Part shown: positions 1 through 8,410 of the stretch, piece by piece
Numbering within the stretch: position 1 is the stretch's first letter
Layout: the number at the start of each line of letters is the position of its first letter
From: a virus
Taxonomy: Duplodnaviria > Caudoviricetes
DNA: 43,455 nucleotides
Strand: one strand, 5' to 3'
IMG/VR virus record: IMGVR_UViG_3300037692_000102
Location: 1-43,455 of that record
Notes under the pieces: generated by a model
Told to the model about the DNA's origin: nothing
What the model saw: the letters and a program-made list of their open reading frames with translations, nothing else
The model's database searches: none
Made by a program: the position numbers and the translations under genes

Positions 1-446
1 TCACGGAATGGCTTAGCGAGTGCAAGCGCGACACTCAGCCGTGGAAGTCTCACCCACGACGTATGCTGCGCCATAAGGCGCTCATACAGTGCGCGCGCGT
101 TGCGTTCGGGTTCTCTGGTATCTACGACCCTGACGAAGCCGAGCGCATCGTAGAAACGATCTCTGTAGACGCTAAGCGTATAGATCCGCGCGGCGACCTG
201 TCCAATGTCGATAACGACATCTTGATGGAGCGCTACTCCGATATCGTCGATCTGCTGAATCAGGACAAGCAACCTGAGCAGATCGCCGAAGATCTGCGGC
301 AGTACGAAACCGAGAAGCTGCAGCCGTTCCAGGAACTCTATATGAGCGTTCTGGACAAGCTGGCGAGGGAAGGCGTTATCACCAAGGCCAATTGGAAAAA
401 GTATTTGAAGATCAGTCTGGACCGTGGCGAGACTCACACGCCGTGA
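1..446 (+). CDS. bet: Phage recombination protein Bet, C-terminal part (5' partial; allele A)
   Basis: Reading frame continues 41846..42664: PWKSHPRRMLRHKALIQCARVAFGFSGIYDPDEAERI (Red-beta motif), with a diverged C-terminal domain. Confidence 0.9.
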   Translation, partial: TEWLSECKRDTQPWKSHPRRMLRHKALIQCARVAFGFSGIYDPDEAERIVETISVDAKRIDPRGDLSNVDNDILMERYSDIVDLLNQDKQPEQIAEDLRQYETEKLQPFQELYMSVLDKLAREGVITKANWKKYLKISLDRGETHTP

Positions 447-901
447 AAGACCAGACTTTCCATTTACTGATTGGCGAGCGCAGCTTGACACGAATCGTCG
501 CTGTCCTGTCTGCGCTCGCCAAGGACGTTGAATGGGTCATCACAATTGCGAAGCGCAAGAAGGAACGCACAGACGATCAGAACAGCTCTCTGTGGGGCGT
601 GGCATATAAGGCGCTGAGTGAGTTCACTGGCCACGTGCCGGTTGAACTTCATGACCACTTTCTGCGCGCTTACTTCGGCGAGGTGGAGTACGAGGTATTG
701 GGTAAGGTCTACACCAAGCCTAGCCGCACGACTACGACGAATGAGGCTGGTAAGCGCAGTTTGCTATCCACGGCTGAGTTCAAAAGATTTTACGAATTCA
801 TCCAGGCGCAGGGATCGCAGATGGGGTGCTGGGTGCCAGATCCCGATCCTCGGTGGAAGGAATATCACGAACTGGCGGAGTTCGAGCGGCGTGTAGCATG
901 A
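443..901 (+). CDS. ninB: NinB/Orf-family recombination mediator
   Basis: KERTDDQNSSLWG, ELHDHF..AYFG and STAEFKRFYEFIQAQG...VPDP are NinB-like motifs. The GTG start overlaps the bet stop. Confidence 0.75.
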   Translation: MKDQTFHLLIGERSLTRIVAVLSALAKDVEWVITIAKRKKERTDDQNSSLWGVAYKALSEFTGHVPVELHDHFLRAYFGEVEYEVLGKVYTKPSRTTTTNEAGKRSLLSTAEFKRFYEFIQAQGSQMGCWVPDPDPRWKEYHELAEFERRVA

Positions 902-1284
902 AACACAGCACGTCAAAACCGACGAAGCTACAGCAAGCCCGTCTCGATGCGCTTCACGCCATGCCCTGCATCGCATGCGCGAAAGAAGGCGAGTTCGCCA
1001 GCAAGCGCGGTGAACTTCGTCTTGGCCAGCCAGGAAAAACTGAAATTCATCATCTCGTTGATAAGGGTTATCGGATTCACTCAGGCGGCCATGACGCGAC
1101 GCTGAATCTTTGTCGCTGGCACCATCGTGGAATCTGCATCGAGTATGTGACGGCGCGCGAGATGAAGGAACTGCACGGCCCATCCTTGGCTCTGCATAAG
1201 CGCGAGTTCGTGGCCTTGTACGGCAGTGAAAGAAAGCTACTCGCTGAAGTCGATGAGCAATTGAGCAAGGGGATAGCAGCATGA
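898..1284 (+). CDS. Ref-like (RecA-dependent) HNH-type zinc nuclease
   Basis: MPCIAC...EIHH...GGHDATLNLCRWHHRG...GPSLA...F...YGSE..LL pattern. ATGA overlap with ninB. Confidence 0.7.
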   Translation: MKHSTSKPTKLQQARLDALHAMPCIACAKEGEFASKRGELRLGQPGKTEIHHLVDKGYRIHSGGHDATLNLCRWHHRGICIEYVTAREMKELHGPSLALHKREFVALYGSERKLLAEVDEQLSKGIAA

Positions 1285-1634
1285 ACTCCGAACTCGCCAC
1301 CGCCTCAGCGCATCGAGATACAACCATGACAACCGACGAAGAGAACTCAGAGATTTGCCTGAAGCTGTTGGGGTTGAAGCGCGTCGGTACGCGTTACTGC
1401 ATTCCTGGTCCAAATGAGATTGTATGGTCGATCCCATCCGAGATGATTACTCGCTCAGGAACGCCCGCCTTCACGACCTGGGCCGAGCGCGGCTTGATCA
1501 TCGACGCTCTACAGCGCGAGTGGCCCGCATCGAAGCACGCATTGAAAGACATAGGCTGCTGCATATTGACCGGAATTCTAAACGAACAGGATGTGCGTCG
1601 AATCGCGCTGGATTACATCAGGAGCCTGCCATGA
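1281..1634 (+). CDS. Hypothetical phage protein
   Basis: ORF coupled by ATGA overlaps on both sides. Confidence 0.6.
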   Translation: MNSELATASAHRDTTMTTDEENSEICLKLLGLKRVGTRYCIPGPNEIVWSIPSEMITRSGTPAFTTWAERGLIIDALQREWPASKHALKDIGCCILTGILNEQDVRRIALDYIRSLP

Positions 1635-1792
1635 CCGCCCGCCAACGCCTACGCGCCCTACGCCGCGACCGTGACCGGCTGATGAGACGCAACATCGAAC
1701 TGGTGCTCACAGTGCAAGTGCTGGAAGAAGAGCTGCTGGCGAGGGCGGCGGTGCGGCAGGTGGATGAGGGGCATAGGGCGAGGGTGAATTGA
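1631..1792 (+). CDS. Small coiled-coil hypothetical protein
   Basis: AGGAG RBS and ATGA overlap; MTARQRLRALRRDRDRL. Confidence 0.55.
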   Translation: MTARQRLRALRRDRDRLMRRNIELVLTVQVLEEELLARAAVRQVDEGHRARVN

Positions 1793-1807
1793 GGCGCAGG
1801 GGGCGTT

Positions 1808-2299
1808 ATGGATTTGGCAAAGTTCTGGGGATACAACCGCAAATTACATTGCTTCCTGTCACGCCGATGGAATAGGCCGCAGGATGTCGATGATCTCGCG
1901 CAACAGGTATTCGAGCGGCTGTGCAAAGTGGATGACGACAAGATCGTCGAGAAGCCGCTCGCGTATCTCTACGGCGTGGCCTCGCACGTGCTGGCGGATC
2001 ACATATTCGAAATCAAACATCGCTCTTGCATCGACTGGAGCGAGGATGTGGATGAGCACATGGAAGACCCTGAATGCTGGATGCTGGATGACATGGCCGA
2101 GCGCTTGAATCTGCAGCAGCAGATCAACAAGGCACTGGCGCAGTTGCCCCCGACACATGCCGCAGTGTTGCTGTGTCACAAGAGGGATGGGCTGTCGTAC
2201 ACGGAAGTGGCTGAAAAACTAGGGTTAAGCGAGCACACGGTCGCCAAGTACGTCACGCAGGGCAAGACCCTCATGCGAACAATTTCCTGGGAGCGCTAA
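1808..2299 (+). CDS. ECF-family RNA polymerase sigma factor (FecI-like)
   Basis: Region 2: DVDDLAQQVFERL...PLAYLYGVASHVLAD. Region 4: ALAQLPP...VLLCHKRDGLSYTEVAEKLGLSEHTVAKYV. Confidence 0.9.
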   Translation: MDLAKFWGYNRKLHCFLSRRWNRPQDVDDLAQQVFERLCKVDDDKIVEKPLAYLYGVASHVLADHIFEIKHRSCIDWSEDVDEHMEDPECWMLDDMAERLNLQQQINKALAQLPPTHAAVLLCHKRDGLSYTEVAEKLGLSEHTVAKYVTQGKTLMRTISWER

Positions 2300-2300
2300 G

Positions 2301-2450
2301 ATGAGGTATCGAATCGTCATCGAAACTCAATTCTACGTCGAAGCCGACAGCGAGCGCGAGGCGCAGGAAAAGGCGCTGAAGCTGGTCGATGCATCCGATG
2401 TTTCGGCAACTGAGATTGGCTATTTGTACGACAGGAATGAGCCGAAATGA
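2301..2450 (+). CDS. Small hypothetical protein (not in ORF track)
   Basis: 49 aa, MRYRIVIETQFYVEADSEREAQEKA...; fills the gap exactly and overlaps the next gene by ATGA. Confidence 0.6.
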   Translation: MRYRIVIETQFYVEADSEREAQEKALKLVDASDVSATEIGYLYDRNEPK

Positions 2451-2845
2451 TCGACACATCGAGAGTTGACGCGCTGCTGGAAGAGCTGAATAAGATCGCC
2501 ACGGACGTGCATCAAGGTCGATGGGGCTTGCCAATGATGGTCGGCGCAAAACTCCGCGCCGCCGTCCAGCGCTGGGCGCAAGGTGAGATGCAGCCGACAG
2601 CGACGCCGGTAACAACTCCAGTTTGCGACGCCGACCTCCGATTGATTTTCGAGCACGGCGAACCGAGCGGCATTCGGGACCGCACCGGATTCCTGTGTCA
2701 CTTCAGAAGGGTTCCGAAGTTTTCCGGACAGGAAGAGCGGTATCGAACGGAACTGGCACAGCGCGCACGGCTGGCGGACTTTCTGCTTGAGTCGTTGAAG
2801 CGAGCATGTCCAACTAAACAACGTCGCGTTCGTGACTTTCTTTAG
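2447..2845 (+). CDS. Hypothetical phage protein
   Basis: Coupled ORF in the early operon. Confidence 0.6.
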   Translation: MIDTSRVDALLEELNKIATDVHQGRWGLPMMVGAKLRAAVQRWAQGEMQPTATPVTTPVCDADLRLIFEHGEPSGIRDRTGFLCHFRRVPKFSGQEERYRTELAQRARLADFLLESLKRACPTKQRRVRDFL

Positions 2846-2855
2846 GATGATGTCA

Positions 2856-3134
2856 ATGAGTGAGCAACTCACCTCGGAAGACTTGCTCTCTCGGCTGAAA
2901 GAGCAAATCCACCAACGCCGCGAGAATCCCAGCGGGAGCTTCATCACCTTGACTGCAAACGAGATGAATGCCCTCGTCGAGTGCGCTGAGGCGCTGAAGG
3001 AACTATCAGGCATGTACGCCAGTACGTGGGATCGCGTTGACGGTGCGCTACTGATGACGGATTCGGGCGTTACGCGTTTCGAGTCCGCGCACCAGAAAGC
3101 CCGAAACGCCATCAACAAGCTGGAGGGTCTGTAA
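2856..3134 (+). CDS. Hypothetical phage protein
   Basis: AGGA RBS before MSEQL; TAATG coupling to the next gene. Confidence 0.6.
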   Translation: MSEQLTSEDLLSRLKEQIHQRRENPSGSFITLTANEMNALVECAEALKELSGMYASTWDRVDGALLMTDSGVTRFESAHQKARNAINKLEGL

Positions 3135-3391
3135 TGGATGCTCCGCCAGTCAAAGAAGAAAGCCTAGCCCTAATCTCCCTCAAGCACGACACCTGCGAGT
3201 GCACCGAGAAATGCGCGCCTTGCCGTGCCGTGCGTCAGATGGCGATTGCCGAGATTGAAAAGCTCACCGCGCAGCGCGATCAGTACAAGCGGAAGCTGAC
3301 AGAGGCGCAGCAGTTGGCGGTGAGGCAGGGCAACGAGATCCGAAAACTGAAGCTGCAGCTAGGGGCAGCGCGAGATAGGGGAATCGCATGA
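3134..3391 (+). CDS. Hypothetical protein, Cys cluster plus coiled coil
   Basis: CECTEKCAPC followed by heptad repeats. Confidence 0.6.
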   Translation: MDAPPVKEESLALISLKHDTCECTEKCAPCRAVRQMAIAEIEKLTAQRDQYKRKLTEAQQLAVRQGNEIRKLKLQLGAARDRGIA

Positions 3392-3894
3392 CAAATGAGC
3401 CGCTCGACTTGCCTCCAGTACTCGACGCTTGCTGCGGGCCTCGCATGTTCTGGTTTGATCCCAAAGACCAGCGAGCCCTGTTCATTGACAAGCGACAGGA
3501 AGTTCACGCGATGGATGTTGGCACACCAGGGACGCGCGGACGCAGTCCTGCTGTCATCGCTCCGGACGTGGTCGCGGACTTCACTGCAATGCCGTTCCCC
3601 GATGAATCCTTCTATCTGGTGGTATTCGATCCCCCACACGATGCCAGCGCAGGACTTACCGGGTGGCTTGGTCAGAAGTACGGCAAGCTTTCTGCTGGTT
3701 GGCAAGACATGCTACGCGCCGGATTTGCTGAGTGCTTCCGAGTCCTGAAGCAAAACGGCACGCTGGTCTTTAAGTGGGCCGACACACATGTGCCGGTGTC
3801 ACATGTGCTGATGGCTACCCCGCACAAGCCGCTTTTTGGATCAAGGCGCGGCCGCCATACGCATTGGTACGTTTTCATGAAAGGTGCCGAATGA
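3388..3894 (+). CDS. SAM-dependent (probable DNA amino-) methyltransferase
   Basis: VLDACCGPRMFWFD SAM-binding motif, VVFDPPH catalytic motif, and ECFRVLKQNGTLVFKW. Confidence 0.85.
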   Translation: MTNEPLDLPPVLDACCGPRMFWFDPKDQRALFIDKRQEVHAMDVGTPGTRGRSPAVIAPDVVADFTAMPFPDESFYLVVFDPPHDASAGLTGWLGQKYGKLSAGWQDMLRAGFAECFRVLKQNGTLVFKWADTHVPVSHVLMATPHKPLFGSRRGRHTHWYVFMKGAE

Positions 3895-4661
3895 GCGAAC
3901 AGCCATCATCGAAGGAGCGGTTCCTTGCCGACTTGGATAAGGCAATCGCTGCATGCAAGAAAACGCTAACTGGCAGGCTTGGCATGTCCCTGGAGCAGTT
4001 TGAGGCGATACGCGCATTCGTCGCGACATCCCACGAACCCTCCTGCCTCGCCTGCGAAGACCGGCCGGGGCCAGCGAACGATCCGTGTTTGGTGTGCGGT
4101 AGGTCATCGCACGAACCGGAAGCTGAGCCAGTTGCATGGCGACGACTGATAGATAGCGCTTACACGCTGCGTCCGGAATGGCACTACACGGATCAACAGC
4201 CAACTATATCCCTAGAGAAATGGGAGGCAGTGTATGCGCGGCCAGCTCAAACGAAGGGAGCATCGCAATCGCCGCCTTCGGCTCCATGCGACGACGGCCA
4301 CGAGCCAATCAGGTACTTCGGCAAGGAATGCCCAATCTGCGAAGCGCTGGACGCTGGCATGCGAGAACAGTCGGCGCAATCGCCTGGGCACTGCGCCCCT
4401 GTCGCGTACAGGCTGCGGCGCAAATCCGATGGGATGGACTTCGGATTGTTCCATGCTGCTGAGGCGGCTGATGAGAGCCGAGAAGAATTCGATTTTTTTC
4501 CACTGTATGAGCAACCGCCATCCGACGTTGACGTCTTGATGTCTCGCGTATCGCAGCTCGTCAAATCTGGAGATCTGGAACTCATTGTGAGCGATCTAGA
4601 TTCGCCGGGGGATAGGCGAGAACTTCGATATAGATACCATTCATCAGCGCCGGGAGAGTGA
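3891..4661 (+). CDS. Mosaic multi-module phage protein (Ead/Ea22-like architecture)
   Basis: EPVAW and APVAY modules and CxxC pairs joined by S/P-rich linkers. Confidence 0.65.
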   Translation: MSEQPSSKERFLADLDKAIAACKKTLTGRLGMSLEQFEAIRAFVATSHEPSCLACEDRPGPANDPCLVCGRSSHEPEAEPVAWRRLIDSAYTLRPEWHYTDQQPTISLEKWEAVYARPAQTKGASQSPPSAPCDDGHEPIRYFGKECPICEALDAGMREQSAQSPGHCAPVAYRLRRKSDGMDFGLFHAAEAADESREEFDFFPLYEQPPSDVDVLMSRVSQLVKSGDLELIVSDLDSPGDRRELRYRYHSSAPGE

Positions 4662-4662
4662 G

Positions 4663-5118
4663 ATGTTTCAAAAGTATCAACGTATCGGCGAAATCGAAGC
4701 ACGACCATATGTCAAAGGCGATCAGGCTACGCATGAGATCTCTATCAGCGAGGCCGATATGAAGTTGCCTACGCTTGTCGGCGGCATGGTGGCCCGCAAT
4801 CCCGACAACCACAACGATATGTGGTACATCGCGGCAGCCTACTTCGCCAAGCACTATGCAATCGCTACGTCGGCCCCACCGTCTGACGCTGATTGCATCT
4901 GTAAAGGCAACTGGCGCGCAATAGTTAAAGAAGCAGAGCCAATGATCGGAAAGGAATTCAGGAACACGGCTGGTAACACGTATCGCTTCTTCGGCGTCGT
5001 ACATGGCGAGGACGATTACTACTACGGCATGGCGGACAAGAATAGCGTCCGCCTGCTGTCGTGCGTTGGTTCAATTGATGGGCACGGCTATCGCGCCCAG
5101 GAAGAGAGCGATGTCTAG
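4663..5118 (+). CDS. Hypothetical two-module phage protein
   Basis: GGAG RBS; two modules joined by ATSAPPSDAD. Confidence 0.65.
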   Translation: MFQKYQRIGEIEARPYVKGDQATHEISISEADMKLPTLVGGMVARNPDNHNDMWYIAAAYFAKHYAIATSAPPSDADCICKGNWRAIVKEAEPMIGKEFRNTAGNTYRFFGVVHGEDDYYYGMADKNSVRLLSCVGSIDGHGYRAQEESDV

Positions 5119-5467
5119 CTGCGTGCTTTGTGGCCAAGGCTTTGCCAAGCATACATTGCGAGCCACTATCGGGTTCCACCCTCACCGCGTTCGCCTCAAC
5201 TGTCCAATGCCAGAAAGGCCGTGCGACTGTGGATTGGCGAAGAATGTCAACGGAAAAGTATGGCACCGCGACGGATGTTCATCGTTGGAAACGAGAGTGA
5301 TCTGCACCCAATGCGGTGGAAAGAAGTGGTTCGGTGAGATCCCGTGCTCTGCCTGCAATGCCATGGGCGAATCGACAGTTCTGAACTCGCCGGCTGAGTG
5401 CAGTTGTAATTTTAACAATGAGCCAGACGCCAATCGGCATGCGTCGTACTGTGCTCTGAACCGGTGA
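5111..5467 (+). CDS. Cys/His-rich zinc-finger protein
   Basis: CVLC, CDC, CTQCGG...CSACNAMG and CSC motifs. Confidence 0.55.
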   Translation: MSSCVLCGQGFAKHTLRATIGFHPHRVRLNCPMPERPCDCGLAKNVNGKVWHRDGCSSLETRVICTQCGGKKWFGEIPCSACNAMGESTVLNSPAECSCNFNNEPDANRHASYCALNR

Positions 5468-5799
5468 GCAAGGCTATGGAAGATCAAATCACGATTGACG
5501 GTATTCGTTACAAGCGCATCGACAGGATTGCCAACCGCGTTTCTTGTTACGGCATGTATGACTGCCATTTGTTTCACCGATTCGAGGGCGCGACGCCGGA
5601 AGAGATCGCGACCCAATGGCGCGCTCACAAAGACCCGGAACTCGGCGATACGTCGTTGTGTCCGGTCATCGTTCTGGAGGGCGACAAGGAATTAAGGCGC
5701 GTCGGGAAAATGGTCTTCAGAGAGAGCGAGCTACAGCAATGGATCGATGCGTGCAATGCAGATCCGGATATTCCGCGCTTGCTCGCGCAGCGTCGATGA
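5464..5799 (+). CDS. Hypothetical phage protein
   Basis: GTGA-coupled ORF. Confidence 0.6.
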   Translation: MSKAMEDQITIDGIRYKRIDRIANRVSCYGMYDCHLFHRFEGATPEEIATQWRAHKDPELGDTSLCPVIVLEGDKELRRVGKMVFRESELQQWIDACNADPDIPRLLAQRR

Positions 5800-5851
5800 G
5801 AGAAGCATGCAGCGACCGCGCGTGTATTTAACTAAGAAACGAGGAGGAAGT

Positions 5852-6100
5852 GTGAGCGAACCTAAATCGGAAGCACAGCTTTGTCCAGCACACATAACCA
5901 TTGACCTAACGCCTGAACAGGCGCAATTGCTCGAACCTCATTTCGACTGGGCATCGGAAGAGTTCGTCAAGAATCGGCCCGGGATGTTGGTTGGCCAAGT
6001 GATACGACTTCGGGAATCCGGGCGCTTCTACATGGAGATTGGCTTTCTCTCAAACGAGAAGGCTGCGCTGTTCCAGAAGGCAGTGGCAGCCCTTAGTTGA
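5852..6100 (+). CDS. Hypothetical phage protein
   Basis: GAGGAGG RBS before GTG. Confidence 0.6.
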   Translation: MSEPKSEAQLCPAHITIDLTPEQAQLLEPHFDWASEEFVKNRPGMLVGQVIRLRESGRFYMEIGFLSNEKAALFQKAVAALS

Positions 6101-6110
6101 GACGAAGAAC

Positions 6111-6395
6111 ATGCAAAAATTCTACATACCGATAGGCGCTGCCTCGTTGCAACCGCCCGCCGGGGATTATCAGGAGTGCTACGACGCATCGGATGTAGAC
6201 GAGCGGATAGCGCGGTTGGAACGCGGCTACAAAGCACTGGCTGAGGTCGCACAGGAAACGAATGATCATTGCCTGAAGCTGGAGAAGGCGCTACGCCGGT
6301 GCCACGAGGTCTTGAGCGGACACGCCATGAACAAGCAAGAACTTATCAACGCGCTCGAAGCCATCGAGAGCTGCGGGCTAATAGAGCGCAGCTAA
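6111..6395 (+). CDS. Hypothetical phage protein
   Basis: Coiled-coil ORF with TAATG coupling. Confidence 0.6.
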   Translation: MQKFYIPIGAASLQPPAGDYQECYDASDVDERIARLERGYKALAEVAQETNDHCLKLEKALRRCHEVLSGHAMNKQELINALEAIESCGLIERS

Positions 6396-6526
6396 TGATT
6401 GATTTAGATCCTGAGCTTGTACTGAAGAGCCCATGGTTATGGGATGAAAAGACCATTGCCTGGGCGCAAGAGCTTGTTGACAAGCGAATCGCCGCGGGCA
6501 AGTTACCGAGTCAGGAGAAAACATGA
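6395..6526 (+). CDS. Small hypothetical protein
   Basis: Coupled on both sides. Confidence 0.5.
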   Translation: MIDLDPELVLKSPWLWDEKTIAWAQELVDKRIAAGKLPSQEKT

Positions 6527-6720
6527 GCAATGAAGACATTGTTGTGGCTGAGATTCAGAAGCAGATCAATCGACAGGCCGAGGATGATCGATTACTTATC
6601 AACACTCTTGCGGACACGCTTCGTGGTGTCCTTCGAATACACGGCCTTAACGCGCAACTGGCGCTTGCGCTGGTTGGTGCTGAATTAGCGGCGCGCCCTG
6701 AGCGAGAAGTCAGAGCATGA
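6523..6720 (+). CDS. Hypothetical phage protein
   Basis: AGGAG RBS and ATGA overlap. Confidence 0.6.
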   Translation: MSNEDIVVAEIQKQINRQAEDDRLLINTLADTLRGVLRIHGLNAQLALALVGAELAARPEREVRA

Positions 6721-6920
6721 GTAAAGCGCCCTCAGAAAAGACGCAACTGGTGAACGCCAGGCGTGAGATCAAGGAACTAACCTTCCGCTGTGTCGAACTG
6801 GCTAAGTCATCAGCTGAGTATCGCGCGAGAGCGACGCGTGCTGAACAGGATGTTGCGGATTGGAAAATGCGCTTCGACAAGCTGCTTGAGTTTCGCAAAG
6901 CCTTGCGCATCCCAGAGTGA
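6717..6920 (+). CDS. Coiled-coil hypothetical protein
   Basis: YRARATRAEQDVADWKMRFDKLL; coupled. Confidence 0.6.
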   Translation: MSKAPSEKTQLVNARREIKELTFRCVELAKSSAEYRARATRAEQDVADWKMRFDKLLEFRKALRIPE

Positions 6921-7171
6921 CTGCGATGACTAAGCGTACCGAAGAACTGAAGCGTAACTGGACGAAAGGCAGTATGCCGCCGTCGAATTACGCCGGCTGG
7001 CACGAGTGGGCCGAAGCGCAGGAACTTCACGGGCTAAAGCAGGGCAACTGCGAGAAGTGCGGCCGGTACGTGTTCCCGCAGGAAATGAACCTTGGCGCAT
7101 GTTCTGACGCCGTTGAGTGCGCTCAGTTCGTAAAGAAACACGGCAAGCTTTCGCTTGCGCCACTTTTTTGA
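6917..7171 (+). CDS. Zn-ribbon hypothetical protein
   Basis: PPSNYAGWHEWAE...GLKQGNCEKCGRY. Confidence 0.6.
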   Translation: MTAMTKRTEELKRNWTKGSMPPSNYAGWHEWAEAQELHGLKQGNCEKCGRYVFPQEMNLGACSDAVECAQFVKKHGKLSLAPLF

Positions 7172-7203
7172 ATTGCTGAGTAGCTCTATCTAGGAGACAT
7201 GAG

Positions 7204-7356
7204 ATGAACGAAGTGAACAAATGTGATTGCGAACTCAATGGCGAAGGCTGTTGCTCCAAGTGCTACGACGGGCCTGTCACCGACCTGACAGACATAGCAC
7301 GATGGGAGGCTCACATAAAAATGGAGCGAGAGGCGCATGAATCGCAGGAAGGTTAG
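7204..7356 (+). CDS. Small Cys-rich protein (not in ORF track)
   Basis: 50 aa, MNEVNKCDCELNGEGCCSKCYDG...; AGGAG upstream. Confidence 0.5.
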   Translation: MNEVNKCDCELNGEGCCSKCYDGPVTDLTDIARWEAHIKMEREAHESQEG

Positions 7357-7549
7357 GAAGCTGCTGGATAGCGTCGCCGCTCAGCTAACGGCTGAAACAG
7401 ACGCACTGATCGTTACGCTTAATGAGATCAAGAAAGAGCACGAGGCGAAGATGGATAAAGCGTTAACGGCGGAGCGGACCGAGGCCGCTGGCTGGCATGT
7501 CCAGATTGTTCGCAAGATCAATTACGCCATTCGCCAAGTACAGAGTTGA
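7337..7549 (+). CDS. Hypothetical phage protein
   Basis: GAGG RBS; helical. Confidence 0.55.
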   Translation: MNRRKVRKLLDSVAAQLTAETDALIVTLNEIKKEHEAKMDKALTAERTEAAGWHVQIVRKINYAIRQVQS

Positions 7550-7566
7550 ATTGCTGAGCGAGTCGC

Positions 7567-7758
7567 ATGTTTAAAGAAGGTGACAAGGTGATCTACATGA
7601 AGTCTCAGCCGTGGTGCCGTGGTGGCTGGTGGAAAGAGACGCCCGCCACCGTGCTGAGTTGGAACCGGCAGACCAGTAGATACGCAATAAGATTGGATTC
7701 TGGTGGCCGTACTCGCTACGTCGCCTTTTATTCAATAAGAGCTGCCGCGACCGGCTGA
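7567..7758 (+). CDS. Small SH3/KOW-like hypothetical protein
   Basis: MFKEGDKVIY...PATVL...YAIRLD beta-barrel pattern. Confidence 0.55.
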   Translation: MFKEGDKVIYMKSQPWCRGGWWKETPATVLSWNRQTSRYAIRLDSGGRTRYVAFYSIRAAATG

Positions 7759-7767
7759 GCTGAGCAC

Positions 7768-8007
7768 ATGAGCGAATGGCAGCTAATCGAGTCCGCGCCG
7801 AGGGATGGGACGCAGGTCATGCTCTACAAGAACACCGGGATATTCAAAGTGCTTGGCTTTGGGTATTGGGAAGGCGGTACCAGCTTTGTTAGCGGGTGGA
7901 TAACGCGAGGCTTTCACGATGTGCCCGGCAATCTTGGGCTCGCAAATCCATCGCACTGGATGCCCATGCCATCCCCGCCTGAGGTAGGAGCGAAGCATGG
8001 CTGTTGA
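7768..8007 (+). CDS. DUF551-like phage protein
   Basis: WQLIESAPRDGT...PSHWMPMPSPP signature. Confidence 0.85.
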   Translation: MSEWQLIESAPRDGTQVMLYKNTGIFKVLGFGYWEGGTSFVSGWITRGFHDVPGNLGLANPSHWMPMPSPPEVGAKHGC

Positions 8008-8194
8008 ATATCTACAGTACATCAGCGCCGGCGAGCGGGATGAAATCGTCATTCAGCTCACGGGCGGCGGCGTGGCGGCGACCTTCATCAAAGGCATCAG
8101 CTCTGCGAACGTGGCGTACATCCTGCGAGACTTAGCCGATCGCCTTGAGCAAGGCGTGAACGAGCGCAGTGCGTCTGAACCAGGAGCTGAGTAA
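7997..8194 (+). CDS. Hypothetical phage protein
   Basis: AGGAG RBS; ends SASEPGAE. Confidence 0.6.
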   Translation: MAVEYLQYISAGERDEIVIQLTGGGVAATFIKGISSANVAYILRDLADRLEQGVNERSASEPGAE

Positions 8195-8410
8195 TGATCT
8201 TCGCCATTTGCTTCGGCTTCGTTCTCGGCGTGAGCCTTTGCATAGTGCTTAGATGATCCATGAAGACACAAGAGACATCGAGGATCGTATTTACCTACTG
8301 GCTACAAACGCACGTGGGCAAGATAACGAAGCCTGCTTATACCTTTGTCGGGTACGTATTCGTCGAAGACCGTACCGACATCGCTCCTATGAGCAATATC
8401 ATCACATCTG

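Larger units (their letters stand above)
1..1116 (+). repeat. Terminal duplication, allele A (partner 42219-43455)
   Basis: 1-196 matches 42219-42414 with one substitution. About 933-1116 is near-identical to the end of the window. The middle is diverged or non-homologous. Confidence 0.95.
7168..7558 (+). repeat. 13-bp gene-boundary direct repeat TTGAATTGCTGAG (7168-7180, 7546-7558)
   Basis: Exact repeat; each copy overlaps a TGA stop codon. Confidence 0.75.

Noticed and set aside
1-1116. Terminal duplication as a DGR template/variable repeat pair or a true direct terminal repeat
   Set aside because: No reverse transcriptase, the differences are not adenine-specific, and the core genes are non-homologous. 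A packaged DTR would be identical.
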